64,000 nt of DNA from Squalus acanthias (taxonomy: Eukaryota). Made by a program: the position numbers and the translations under genes. Of the stretch, positions 37,641 to 50,345 are shown one piece after another. Under the pieces are notes generated by a model, which made no database searches, was not told the origin of the DNA, and was given only the letters and a program-made list of their open reading frames with translations. How positions within the stretch are numbered: position 1 is the stretch's first letter; each line of letters starts with the position of its first letter. The DNA lies in the NCBI GenBank assembly GCA_030390025.1, contig CM059438.1:70000001-70064000 (forward strand), read 5' to 3'.

Positions 37641-38514
37641 TATATGTATATTTCTTCTGAATTGTTTCTCACATTGGTTCTTCTCCTCAGTATCTGTTTC
37701 TCTTTCTCTTTGGGTTGTTTTCCTTTTATTAATTTGTATTTCTAAAGTGTTCTTCTGGAATGGGAGAAAGGCAAACTCTGGGTGCAGGAGCTCATGAATG
37801 GTGTTTGGATCAATATTTTTTAATAGTTTTTTACTGGAATGTCTTTGTCAGAGATGTTTGTATATTTCTGATTTTTTTTATCATATTAGTTTTTCGAAAA
37901 AATAAATTGTCAGCCATTTTTGAGTCCTTAAGTTAAGTCTGTCCTTAAATTACCTCATTGAGTAAGTCAAAGTTGAGGTGATACAAGATGAAAAAAGGCA
38001 AGCCAGAGATGATTCTGCAAACCTTGGCACACCTATCTAGCATTGACGGTGGACAATTGTGTCAGCTTGCTACAGGTTAGCCGGGCAGAGTTTGTCATCT
38101 ACATCAAGGACTACTGGAGCAATCTTGTAACATAGAATCTTGTAACATAGGTTGGCATGATCATCGCTGCCTATTTATTCAGCCATGCTATTCCATTCCT
38201 GGCTAGCATTGCAATATCAGATACTGTGCCGTCCACGTAGGCTGAAAATGGTGACGGAAGTCTTTGCCTGACAAGCACTCTCATAAATCTTCCCAGGTAC
38301 TGCAGGCATTGTGTGCAGCATTCAGTCAAACTGTCATCTCCTGCCAGACATGGAATAGTGGGGCTGTACCACTCCACTGTTTGTTCACAGGTTCCATTTT
38401 GTGTTTCTACCTTGTGCTGTCTGCCCATTCAACCTTGCCTGTCAGTTTGTCTCTCCTCTTCTCCCCCCACCCCCCAATACAGCCTTTGAAAAGGCTGAAA
38501 ATTGTGCCCAATTT

Positions 38515-38812
38515 TGAGAGTTCAATTCCCACCGTGGCAAGTTATGAAATTGAACTCAGTAAACCTGGTAATTTGTGTGCTCGCACCAGAAAAATGACCC
38601 TGAAAAGTTGCCAAATTGTTGTAAACTTCCAACACGTTTGCTAACGCCCTTCAGGGAAGAGAATCTGCTACCCCGGTCTGGCCAAATTTGACTCCAGTCC
38701 CATAATTTGTGGTTGACTCTAAATACCCTCCCACCATCTTTTCAGAACAACGAGGGATGGGCAATAAATGCAGCCTTGTCCATGTCGCCCACATCCTGAG
38801 AAATTTTTTTTT
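38515..38812 (+). mobile_element. tRNA-derived SINE whose tail matches the LINE at 22787
   Basis: B-box-like gagttcaattccc; tail agggatgggcaataaatgcagccttg...gcccacatcc. Confidence 0.7.
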
Positions 38813-40132
38813 TTTAAATAAGCCACCTACCTTTAAGTGACAGCAACTCTTGAATTTTGAGCATCAGCCCTTTAAGTGCTGCATGCTCTGACTTCTGTGA
38901 GTCTCCCCTCATTATGTTCCCGATGCTAGAGTTAAGCTACACTGGAAACACATTTAAATTATTGAAATAACATGACACCGCTTAATCCGGCAAGGTGAGC
39001 TCCTCCTTCTACCAGTGCAAGTGCACTCAGAGACACGATGATTATGGGACCATTTCCTCTCCCATATCTTGGAATAAGTATAGTTACGATTCTGCTAAAT
39101 TTGATGGATTCATTTGTATTGTATTGGTGTCTGAGCAGGAAAAGATGGTTGCCAAGAACACTCCTGTTATCGCCTGAGTTCTTGTTCCAGCATATCTGCC
39201 CAGCATTCTTTGGGCACGTGATCCATCTGCTGAGGGGGAAGAAATGAAAAAAGGAACAGAAGCACACTGACAGAAGAGCTAGACATGGAAAAAGGAAACT
39301 ATGGATCAGAGATAGGTGTGAGGAAAAAAGTGAGAGGAATGAGGCAAACCCAGACCTGCAACAGAGAGAAAAAGATGACAGATGGTTGCATAGAGGAGAT
39401 AGAAAGATGAACAAGGTTGGGTCTGCGGAGTTGAGGGAAAGCAAATAGGCATCCACAAGGGATGGGAGAGTGAACTCCACACTGAGAATTATTGATCTAC
39501 AGAAAGGAGAAAACAACCAAAAAGTGGTCAAATAACAAGACCATCTAACATCAGTCACAATATTTGATGATAGTGTAGAAGTGAGACAAGGCCATTTACA
39601 CCATGCATGAAGCGGTCAATACTGCAGAAATGGTGGGAATGACATTTACGATCCGTAAGTCTCTCACTGATTCAACCATTTGGAGCTATGTTTCTGTTCA
39701 AGAGTGATTTGTATCAAAATTTCTTAAGCCACAGTAAGTAATCACCGTTCCAAATGCTTCTTCATTCAAGTCCTAAATAAGGAACCAACGTAAAGATTTT
39801 TCATTCTCTTTCTGCTTCGAAGCCATCCTCTCCGCTCTCTGATCAATCAGGAATTGATCCAATTTGCTTCTGCATGCTTTAACGGAGTCAGGATTTACTG
39901 TACCAGGTTGTTATCAATTCCACGAGTCAATGATTCTAAACATAGAGATTTAATTGCTTAAACTATATTTAGATTGTGGCTTCTTCTTTAGTTTCTGATT
40001 ATGTCCTGTAGTGATGGACATCATGTTTGCTCTAGGTTACTGATTCTCTTCACTGCCGTGTAAGGTTAGGGAAAATCCCTGGTGGACATTTCTCCCTCTC
40101 CATTTTGGAATGATTCTGAACTTGTCAATAAT

Positions 40133-40885
40133 GGCCCAGAAATTCCGTTCGCAGCCCTCCCGCGAAGGAAAGCGATTTGGAAAAATCTGCGCCTGGACCG
40201 GAGGGCTCCCGGGAGGCGCAGAATTCCGTTGCTGTGCCTCTTCAAACTGCTGGTGTGCAGGGCACGCGTATCCCAGGGGCGCAGGTAGTTCACAGCGTCC
40301 CTGGGATCACGTGGGCCATGGGGAGCCAATCAGAGCAGGGAATCTCCATTCATAGATTTGACAGGAAGACCTGTCAAATCTATGAATAGAGATCAGCCCC
40401 AAAACATAAGTAAAACTTCAAATACATTTTTTTTTTAAATCACATTTTTAAAATGACTATAAATTACATAAATTAACTATTTTAAACAAAAATTTAAATT
40501 TTGGAAAAAATAATTAAAGTTTTTAACGGGGCTAAAAATACACTTACCTTTCTTTAAAGTATTTTAAAATGATAAATCAGTGGAAATTTTTTTTTTTTTA
40601 CTTTCTTAAACTATTAGCCTGGTAAAAGCTGGCCTTGGGCCTGCTTTTCTAGGCGCAGCTGTTCCTGACTTACCTGGACTGAAGCAACTATGAAAATAAC
40701 GGAAGTTTCTGCCGTACGCGCTGCCTATCCGGCGCAGGCGTTTGACCTGTCAAGCCCTTTCTGCAGAGAACGGAAGTTCCAGTTTCCAGCGCATGCGCAG
40801 TGCATGCGCAAAACCGGCACCTCCGTTGGCCCTACGGGTGAGTACACAGCGCGTACACACCCATAGGGAACGGAATTTCCAGGCC
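40133..40885 (+). mobile_element. MITE family A copy 3
   Basis: TIR ggcccagaaattccgttc / gaacggaatttccaggcc; TSD aat. Confidence 0.92.
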
Positions 40886-40919
40886 AATGTTCATGTAAGG
40901 TCTGTCCAAATTTAAAAAA

Positions 40920-42275
40920 AATCATTCTTGGGATGTGGGATTTATTGCATATCCCTAGAAGCTCTTGAGAAGATTGTGCTGGGCCTTCTTTTTAAACGCT
41001 GCAGCCTGTGTGGTGAAGGTGCTCCCACAATGTTGGTCTCACCCAATGACAAATGTCCCAGTCAGTGTGGTGTATGACTTGGAGTTGATGGTGTTTCCAT
41101 GCACTTGTTTCCCGTGTCCTTCGAGGTGGTGGAGGTCATGACTTTGGGCGATGCTGCTAAAGAAGCCTTGGAAAGTTGCTGCAGTGCATCCTGTAGATAG
41201 TACACACTACAGCCGCAGAATGTTAGTGGTGGAGGGTGATTAAGGAGATGTTTAGGCTAGTGGCTGAGGTGCCAATAAGCAGACTGCTTTATCCTGGTTG
41301 GCGTTGAGCTTCTTGCATATTGTTATAGCTAGAAACTATCCAGGCAAGTAGATAATATTCCATCACACTTCAGACTTGTCCTGTGAAGATGCTGGAAAGT
41401 CTTTGGGGAGTCAAGAGGTGAACCACTCGCCGCTGAATACCCAGCCTCTGAACTGCTCTCGTAGCCATAGCATTTACGTGGCTGGTCCAATTGAGCTTCT
41501 GGTCAATGTGACCCCCCAAGATGTTGATGGTGGGGGACTCAGCGATGGTAGTGCTGTTGAATGTCAATACGAGGTGGTTAGGCTAACTCTTGGAGAGGGT
41601 CATTGCCTGACACTCATGTGGCATGAATGTTATTTCCTACTTATCAAACCAAGCCTGAATGTTGTCCAGGTCTTGCTGTATGTGGGCCTGGACGGTTTCA
41701 TTATCTGAGGAATTGTAAATGGAGCTGAATACTGCGAGTAGCCCACTTCTGACCTTCTGATGGAGGGAAGTTCATAGGTAGTTGGGCAGAGGACACTGCA
41801 CTGACGAACCCCTGCATCGATGTCCTGGGGCTGAGATGACTTGCCTCCAACAACCAGAACCATTTTCCTTTGTGCTAGGCTTGACTTCAGCCACTGGAGT
41901 TTTCTCCCTCATCCCCATTGACTTTAGTTTTATTAGAGCTCCTTTGTGCCACTCAGTTGAATGCTGCTTTGATGTCAAGAGCTGCCACTCTCCCCTCAAC
42001 TGTGGAATTCAGCTTGTGTCCACGTTTGTAGCAAGACTGTAATGAGGTTTGCAGCCAAGTGGTCCTGGCGGAATCCAAACTGAGCATCCATGAGCAGGTT
42101 ATTGGTGGGTAAGTGCTGCTTGATAGCACTGTTGATGACTCCTTTCATCACTTTGCTGATGACTGCGAGTAGTTCAATAAGTGGCCAGTTCAGATTTGTC
42201 ATGTTTTTGTGGACAGGACATACCAGGGAAATTTTCCACATTGTCAGATAGATGCCAATTGTAGCTGTACTGGCC
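40920..42275 (-). mobile_element. Older degenerate copy of the LINE lineage at 22787-24241
   Basis: Collinear homology (LLMDAQFGFRQDH, ESPTINILG, QKLNWTSH) with many frameshifts. Confidence 0.88.
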
Positions 42276-43263
42276 TGTTTTCCTCAGGGTTGACGGACAA
42301 ATATCAGCCACAGTGCTGTAGGTTTGATTGTCCAAAAGAAATTTTAATATTCAACATTAATATATTTAAATCCATTCATCTACAAACCTAGACTCTTCAA
42401 CAAGCTTCAGAGTTAATCCACACTGGCATTGCTATTTCTCTTTTATGAAGTGTAGATGGAAGCTACATTTTGATCAGCTCGAACCTGTCATATTTAACAG
42501 GATTTTACTGTATATATATTACCACATGAGATACAGTTGACAAGGTTGGTCAACTTGGTTTTTTTTCATGTCATGGGTTTAATTAAGTTTCAAAGCAATT
42601 TTTTTAAAAAGTGGATGGTTATTTTATATACATTTAATATGTACAAAGTTGGCATGATACATAAATCTGAAGATACTTTTATTTTAAGTGAAAAGCAAGC
42701 CTTCGAGTTGACAGCTAATTGATTTGGTGTTGGCAATGAAAGCCTCCTCTTCGATGCTTGAAATGAAAGCCCTTCATGTCACAGGTTGTGTTTAAATCCT
42801 TAGATCGTGATCGGTCTGGAAATTACATTGTGTTTGACTTTTTAATGAGGGAAAATTAAAGTTTTTGACATATTGCACATGGATAGGAAATATGTCAAAG
42901 TAGCAATCATTTTTTTCCACAGCCTTTGCGAATATTTTATCCATTGTAACCTTTTTCTTAAGAAACAATATAAAACAAGCATTTTAAGAGAGTGTAAAGT
43001 TTCCATTGTGAGATTGTAGAATTCATCCAGATTTGACTCCATGTTGTGGGAACTATTAATTTTCCAATAACAGCATTTGGATGACTTTTAATACACCATT
43101 TATAATTCAAACTGAATTGGGGGGGGTGGGGGGGGGGAGAATAAATAGAGCATTGTGACGGAGGAGCTGAAATCTGAGTCCTGTCCAGACTGTAACAGTG
43201 TTGAGGTGTGATGAAGAATATGGCTGGGTATGGTCTTTTGAAAAGAACTGTTTTGTTTCCTAG

Positions 43264-43410
43264 GTTCTCCCAGGAGCCCTTTGAATAGAACTGCCCTCAC
43301 TTTAATCACTGTGAGCAGCTGTGTCCTAACTGTGGTGTATGGAGGCCACTTGACATGCCCTCTGATGGTGAAGGTGACCCTACACGTCCCTGAGCACTTC
43401 ATTGCTGATG
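43264..43410 (+). CDS. ASTN2: Astrotactin-2 internal coding exon (147 nt, phase 1-1; second hydrophobic/TM segment)
   Basis: Acceptor ctgttttgtttcctag, donor gtgagt; encodes (G)[48 protein letters not shown](G), matching recalled astrotactin sequence; joins the next exon in frame. Confidence 0.93.
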
Positions 43411-43744
43411 GTGAGTTTTTCCCTTGTGGGTACTTACAGAAAACAGAAAGGCTGAGTAGTTGATAGTAGTTTCTTGTGTGGTATTTATTTGGTTGGTGTG
43501 AATTGTTTCTGCATTACAATTCTTGGAAGTTGCTGTATACCAGCAGCGATCTGCGCCTTTTGATTTTGGACATTGGGTAAGTTTACTCCCAGCCAAATAA
43601 TTTTTCTTCATATTTGGTACAGTGGAGTTATCAAAGCAAACAATATTGCGACACGCGTCGGTATGAATGCTAGAAAATAATGGCAGTTGATGCTGTTTTG
43701 GAATGTATTTGTGAAAATTAGTTTTATTCTGGCTTACTTATCCA

Positions 43745-45546
43745 GGCCTGAAGTTTCATTTCGGTTGCGTTGGTTTTTTCGACGCAAAAAATTGCGGAAT
43801 TTTAGGCACACGTTACGTTCAGCTCATCTCCAGTTTCGGCGATCTTTTGCGCTAGTTTTAAAAACATTGGGCTAGTTGCCGGCCCCGCCCCCAAAACTGG
43901 CCACGACCCCAGGATGAATTAATCACCTTTGGGAGTTTCTGCTAATTGCGTCGTTTGCAGGCCTTCGAGGTGGCTCTAAAAATTAAGCTGGTCCTTTTGT
44001 GCGCAAGGACACTAATAGGAACATTTTAAGAGCTTTTGAATATATATGTTTTTTTAATTTACTAAGAAACTGACTACTGTGCTCCAATATATCTAGGAAA
44101 TGGTTCTGTGTATTTTTTTTAAAGTCATTTTCAGTCATTTAAAATCGGGTTACTCACAGCTGGTGGATTCACACTGTGATTTAAAATGCTTATTTTTGTG
44201 ATAAACACATTTTCAGCTGTATTAATCAAACTGCACCAGGTTATAAGAACATAAGATGTAGGAGCAGGAGTAGGTCATTTGGCCCCTCGAGCCTGCTCCG
44301 CCATTCAATAAGATCATGGCTGATCTGATCTTGGCCTCAACTCCACTTCCCTGCCTGCTCCCCATAACCCTTGACTCCCTTATCGTTCAAAAATCTGTCT
44401 ATCTCCACCTTAAATATATTCAATGACCCAGCCTCCACAGCTCTCTGGGGTAGAGAATTCCAAAGATTCATGACCCTCTGAGAGAAGAAATTCCTCCTCA
44501 TTTCCGATTTAAAAGGGTGCCCCCTTATTCTGAAATTATGCCCCCTAGTTCTAGATTCTCCCACGAGGGGAAACATCCTCTCTGCATCTACCCTGTCAAG
44601 CCACTTCAGAATCTTATATATTTTAATAAGATCCCCTCTCATTCTTCTAAACTCCAATGAGTATAGGCCCAACCTGCTCAACCTTTCTTCATAAGATAAC
44701 CCCTTCATCTCCGGGATCAACCTCGTGAACTTTCTCTGAACTGCCTCCAATGCAAGTATATCCTTCCTTAAATAAGGAGACCAGAACTGTACGCAGTACT
44801 CCAGGTGTGGTCTCACCAACGCCCTGTACAGTTGTAACAGGACTTCCCTACTTTTATACTCCATTCCCTTTGCAATAAAGGCCAACACTCCATTTGTCTT
44901 CCTAATTACTAGCTGTACCTGCATGCTAACTTTTTGTGATTCATGTACATGGTCCCCCAGATCCCTCTGTACCTCAGCATTTTGTAATCCCTCCCCATTT
45001 AAATAATAATTTGCTTTTTTATTTTTCCTACTAAAGTGGATAACCTCGCATTTTCCCACATTAAACTCCATCTGCCAGATTTTTGCCCACTCACTTAGCC
45101 TATCTATATCCCTTTGGAGATTCTTTGCATCCTCCACACAATTTGCTTTCCCACCTATCTTTGTATCACCAGCAAATTTGGCTACATTACACTTCATCCA
45201 AGTCATTAATATAGATTGCAAAGACTGAGGCCCCAACACTGATCCCTGCGGCACCCCACTAGTTACAGTTTGCCAACCTGAAAATGACCCATTTATCCCG
45301 ACTCTCTATTTTCTGTTAGTTAGCCAATCCTCTATCCATCACTCTTAAATATATCAAGGAATATTTTTTAAAGCAAAATTCATTGAAAAATTAGGTTTTA
45401 AAACACTGCCTGATTGCGCTGGCTCCAGGCAGATTTTGCGTTCGGTGATATACAAACGAGTTTTAGCACATACTTGAGAAAATAAAACACTTCTTAAAAT
45501 GGGAGCAATTTGCCAATTGCGCCCAGAAGCGGAAACTCTTACCCCC
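43745..45546 (+). mobile_element. MITE family B copy 2, interrupted by CR1
   Basis: ctgcaccaggtta|cactcttaa is contiguous in the 35089 copy but split here; ends gcggaaactcttacccc. Confidence 0.8.
44243..45339 (-). mobile_element. 5'-truncated CR1 nested in MITE B
   Basis: PQGSVLGP...[14 protein letters not shown]...WNSLPQ (ORF 44337..45254) plus tail. Confidence 0.93.
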
Positions 45547-45683
45547 GATGTCAAGTGACTTAATTATTTAATAAATTCAGGTAAAGAAAAATTATACAAA
45601 AATAATTCATCCCTGCTGCTAAATATATAGCCTTCTCCATTGGCTTGAAATGATTTCTTTTTTTTCTGTTTCTTGTTTGTAAT

Positions 45684-47646
45684 GGGTAGAGTTTCCACAT
45701 TGGGAAGTTGCACCGAAAATGTGCTTGAAATTATGCTGGTTAGGTTACATTTCAAGTTTTCCATAAATTCCTTTGCGTAATCACAAATGTAAAACTTTGG
45801 TTCTGTCTTCACAAAGGAGGACACAAATAAACTCCCAGAGATGTCGGGGAACATAGGGTCTAATGAGAGGGAGGAATTGAATGAAATCAGTATTTGTAGG
45901 GAAATGGTGTTAGGGAAATTGACGGGATTGAAGGCCGATAAATCCCCAGGGCCTGATAATCTACATCCTAGGGTACTTAAGGAAGTGGCCCTAGAAATAG
46001 TAGATGCATTGCTAGTCATCTTTCAAAATTCTTTAGACTCTGGAACAGTTCCCATGGATTGGAGGGTAGCTAATGTAACCCCACTATTTAAAAAAGGTGG
46101 TAGAGAAAAAACGGGGAATTATAGCCTGACATCGGTAGTGGGCAAAATGCTAGAGTCCATTATAAAAGATGTAATAGCAGAGCACTTGGAAAACAGTGAC
46201 AGGATCGGACAAAGTCAACATGGATTTACAAAAGGTAAATCATGCATGACTAACCTACTGGAATTTTTTGAGGATGTAACTGGTAGAATAGATAAGGGAG
46301 AACCAGTGGATGTGGTGTATTTGGACTTTCAGAAGGCTTTCGATAAGGTCCCACATAAGAGATTAGCATGCAAAGTTAAAGCACATGGGATTGGGGGTAA
46401 GGTACTGATTTGAATAGAGAACTGGTTGGCAGACAGGAAGCAAAGAGTTGGAATAAACGGGTCTTTTTCCGAGTGGCAGGCAGTGAATAGTGGGGTACCG
46501 CAGGGATCGGTGCTAGGACCCCAGCTGTTCACAATATATATTAATGATCTAGACGAGGGAACTAGATGTAATATCTCCAAGTTTGCAGATGACACAAAGC
46601 TGGGTGGGCGTGTGTGCTGTGAGGAGGATGCAGAGAAACTCCAGTATGATTTGGACAGGTTGGGTGATTGGGCAGATGCATGGCAGATGCAGTATAATGT
46701 GGATAAATGTGAGGTTATCCACTTTGGTGGCAAAAACAGGAAGACAGATTATTATCTGAATGGCAATAGATTGGGAAAAGGAGAAGTGCAACGAGATCTG
46801 GGAGTCCTTGTGCACCAGTCGCTGAAGGTAAGCATGCAGGTGCAGCAGGTGGTTAAGAAGGCAAATGGTATGTTGGCCTTCATAGCGAGAGGATTCGAGT
46901 ACAGGAGCAAGGATGTCTTGCTGCAGTTGTACAAGGCCTTGGTGAGACCACAACTTGAGTATTGTGTGTGCAGTTTTGGTCGCCTTATCGGAGGAAGGAT
47001 GTTCTTGCCATGGAGGGAGTGCAGCGAAGATTTACCAGACTGATACCTGGGATGGCAGGAATGACGTATGAAGAGAGATTGGGTCGATTAGGCTTATATT
47101 CGCTAGAGTTTAGAAGAATGAGAGGGGATCTCATTGAAACTTATAAAATTCTAACAGGACTAGACAGACCAGATGCAGGAAGGATGTTCCCGATGGCGGG
47201 GGAGTCCAGAACCAGAGGTCACAGTCTAATGATAAGGGGTAAGCCAATTAGGACTGAGATGACGAGGAATTTCCTCACCCAGAGAGTGGTGAACCTGCGG
47301 AATTCTCTACCACAGAAGGCAGTTGAGGCCAATTCATTAAATATATTCAAGAAGGAAATAGATATATTTCTTAAGGCTAAAGGGATCAAGGGATATGGGG
47401 AGAAAGCAGGGACAGGGTACTGAATTTGGATGATCAGCCATGATCTCATTAAATGGCGAAGCAGGCTCGAGGGGCCGATTGGCCTAACCCTGCTCCTATC
47501 TTCTATGCTTCTATGCTTTCCAAGAACTAGCGCAATCGGGCAGCATAACAGAATTTAATTCTTTCTTTTTTTCCCCTTGCATTAATAAAATAAATTGGGA
47601 AGTTGCACCGAAAATGTGCAACTACCCAATGTGGAAACTCTACCCC
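45684..47646. mobile_element. Small MITE with ~28-bp TIRs, interrupted by CR1
   Basis: gggtagagtttccacattgggaagttgcac / gtgcaactacccaatgtggaaactctacccc. Confidence 0.75.
45796..47517 (+). mobile_element. 5'-truncated CR1 (RT with stop/frameshift)
   Basis: ORFs 45841..46413, 46426..47043, 46962..47423; tail (ttctatgc)n. Confidence 0.95.
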
Positions 47647-47699
47647 GTGATCTTTAGATAGATTTAATTTATCTATTGGCTCAAAATATCACCAAGTGT

Positions 47700-48425
47700 T
47701 TGTGGAGCTGTCACTGTGCCCAATCAGGCCAAACTGGGACATTAATTGCACTGGGTATATATCAGGCCAGTTGTGTTAAATTTAGCAATGATGACCAGCA
47801 GTCAAATACGTTCGGGTTTTATCCAGAAGAGACTTGCTAACTGGGATCTTCTAATGGAAATAAAGCATTCCATTTTATCAGGATGGCCCAGGACTGATCT
47901 AAACATATTGGGAGTCAATTCCTTGATGTATCTGAGAGTGGTAACCTGGTGCAGTTTTATTAATACAGCTGAAAATGGGTTTATCACCAAAAATATTTTT
48001 TAAAAGGGTGTCCAGTCCTCAACCTGTGAGTAACCTGATTTAAAATCACTAAAAATGACTTTAATAAAACTATATTGAACCATTGACTAGTTTCATTGGT
48101 GTACACGAGTCAGTTTTTTAGTAAATTAAATATTTTTTGATATGAAAATACTTTTAAAACATGCCTACTAGTGCCTGTGTGCCTAAGAAAATGAACACAA
48201 TTTAAAGAGCCTTCCCGAACCAACGCAATTCACGGAATCTTGCAGTTTCGATCTGGGGGCTGGGACTGATCTGGGTGAATTGAGTCTTGCACCAGCATAA
48301 CGGATTTCAGAAAACCCGAGCATAAGTGGTTTGGGGCATAACTCACGTTTAAAATTCCCCGATCTTTTGAATCAAATCCGGCCGATTCGGCCCGGATTGC
48401 GCTGATATTACTAACGGAAGCAATT
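47700..48425 (-). mobile_element. Degenerate inverted MITE family B copy
   Basis: gagagtggtaacctggtgcag...taatacagctgaaaat is the reverse complement of the family B core; boundaries uncertain. Confidence 0.6.
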
Positions 48426-48426
48426 G

Positions 48427-48785
48427 GACCACACGGTGGCATAGTGGTTAGCACTGGTACCTCACAGCGCCAGGGACCCGGGTTCGAATCTGGCCTCGGG
48501 TGACTGTCTGTGTGGAGTTTGCACATTCTCCCCGTGTCTGCGTGGGTTTCCTCCGGGTGCTCCGGTTTCCTCCCACAGTCCAAAAATGTGCGGGTTAGGT
48601 TGATTTGGCTATGATAAATTGACCCTTAGTGTTAGGGGGGGATTAGATATGTAGGGTTACGGGGATAGGATGGGATATGTTAGGGGGAATTAAATACGTG
48701 GGGTTACGGGGATAGGGTGGGATATGTGTCGGTGCAGGCTCGATGGGCCGAGATGGCCTCTATCTGTACTGTGGGGATTCTGTGT
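48427..48785 (+). mobile_element. HE1-like V-SINE (elasmobranch tRNA-derived SINE)
   Basis: A box tggcatagtgg, B box ggttcgaatct, V domain gtgtggagtttgcacattctccccgtgtctgcgtgggtttcctccgg, CR1-like tail gatgggccga. Confidence 0.88.
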
Positions 48786-48901
48786 GAGAAAGCAGGGACA
48801 GGGTACTGGATTTGGATGATCAGCCATGATCGTATTGAATGGTGGAGCAGGCTCGACGGGCCGAATGGCCTACTCCTGCTCCTAGTTTCTATGTTTCTAT
48901 G
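48786..48901 (+). mobile_element. CR1 3' tip
   Basis: Near-identical to 47400-47510. Confidence 0.85.
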
Positions 48902-49454
48902 ACCCTCGACCCTCGTATCTTTATTAAGAACTGAATGTGTTTATATATACTACTGAAAAGAATAGTTAAGATATTGTGGAAAAAGCTTGCTAGAAAACTG
49001 ACAAAATTAGAATATAGTGACCTTTATGATGAAACCAGGTTGTTAAGAATACCCTTAAAAGCATGTTCCTTATATTCACTGCCAATAAAAACTGGTTCAT
49101 AGGCTCAGTGGCCACAACTAGGCAAAGAAGCTGATGTTAATGACCTGTAATTGGAAGGTGAGCAGAAGCTTGTTGCTGGCACTTAAACCTTTTGTAGTTA
49201 AAGGGGCAAAAACCTAGTGCAGAATAGAAAATGCTGGAAATATGTAGTTGAGCTGAAAAAGACATTTCTGATGAAGGGTCTCCACCTGAAACCTGGCCCA
49301 TGTCTTACTGTAAACATGGTATAATTTCCACTGCCATAGACTCAACCCCAAGATGATTAATCTCATGATTACACAGGTTAAAATGTAAAAAGATAAACGC
49401 CATAATTAGTTGCTCAAGGATTTACAACAGTTTACTTTTCTACAGTGCTCAATA

Positions 49455-50345
49455 CATACATAAAGATGTTTCAGCTCGCTTTACAGGGAGATGGACAGCA
49501 AGTGAAGACTGAGCAGGGGCTAAAATGAGGAGAGTCAGGGGAACCAAACATGCTTGAAGAAGAGGGTTTTGTGGCTTGTCAAAGCAGTGAGGTCAGTGAC
49601 AAGGCTACGATGCTGAGGGAAAGTGTTTCAAAGAGTAACACCAAGGTGGCTGAAGGAGTGAAGGAATTAAGGAAGAAGTAGCTGGCTAGTGTTGGAGGAC
49701 TGGAAGGTGATTGTAGGTTTTGGGACTAGAAGCTATACATTGGTGACTGAGCAGTGTGGTTTAGGTGTTGTGGATAGGGTGAAGCCCTGATTAGAGGGTT
49801 TTGAACAAGATGTCATAATGGGAGGACGTGAGAAAAAGATGAAAGTTGAAAATAAAGGGTAGCTGTAAAGAGTGGAGGGGTGGAGATCAGTTTTTCTTAA
49901 TGACAATAGGTGGGAATGATGACTGGTTTTGAAAGATGTAGGGAGCATACCGTTTGTGAGCTCCTCTGATGTCAGAGGTTAGGATGGAGGATTCAGTGGA
50001 AGATGTTAAAAGTAGATTGTTCATTATGTAGAAGAGAAGTTTGCAGCTGTTCCTGCTTTCCAAAATGATCTTGGAATAGTTGGTGGACTTGGCCATGGAG
50101 AAGGAGACATGGCAGATCTTGAGGTAGTTAAACCATACTTCGCAATGAACGGCCAAGCCAGGTGGTCAGCAAGTGCAGTCCAGTGGATTTGAGGTCACAG
50201 ATATAACTGTGCTGGGGAAGAGGTGGGGATGGCAGATTGTCTGCGATCTAGTGGGGACAAGGGCAGTTTTTAGAATTGATCCAAACTTGAACATCTTTGG
50301 GCAAAAAAGGGTGACCAACATAGAGACCTGATTTCTAAAGGAACA
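49455..50345 (-). mobile_element. Degenerate L2-like LINE fragment
   Basis: AKSTNYSKIILESRNSCKLLFYIMNNLL resembles the L2 ORF2 linker; heavily decayed. Confidence 0.55.

Noticed and set aside
38959..39558. 199-aa hydrophobic minus-strand ORF
   Set aside because: Explained by purine-rich low-complexity sequence on the + strand.
48427..48500. tRNA gene (also at 11837 and 54318)
   Set aside because: A/B boxes continue into SINE bodies, so these are SINE heads.
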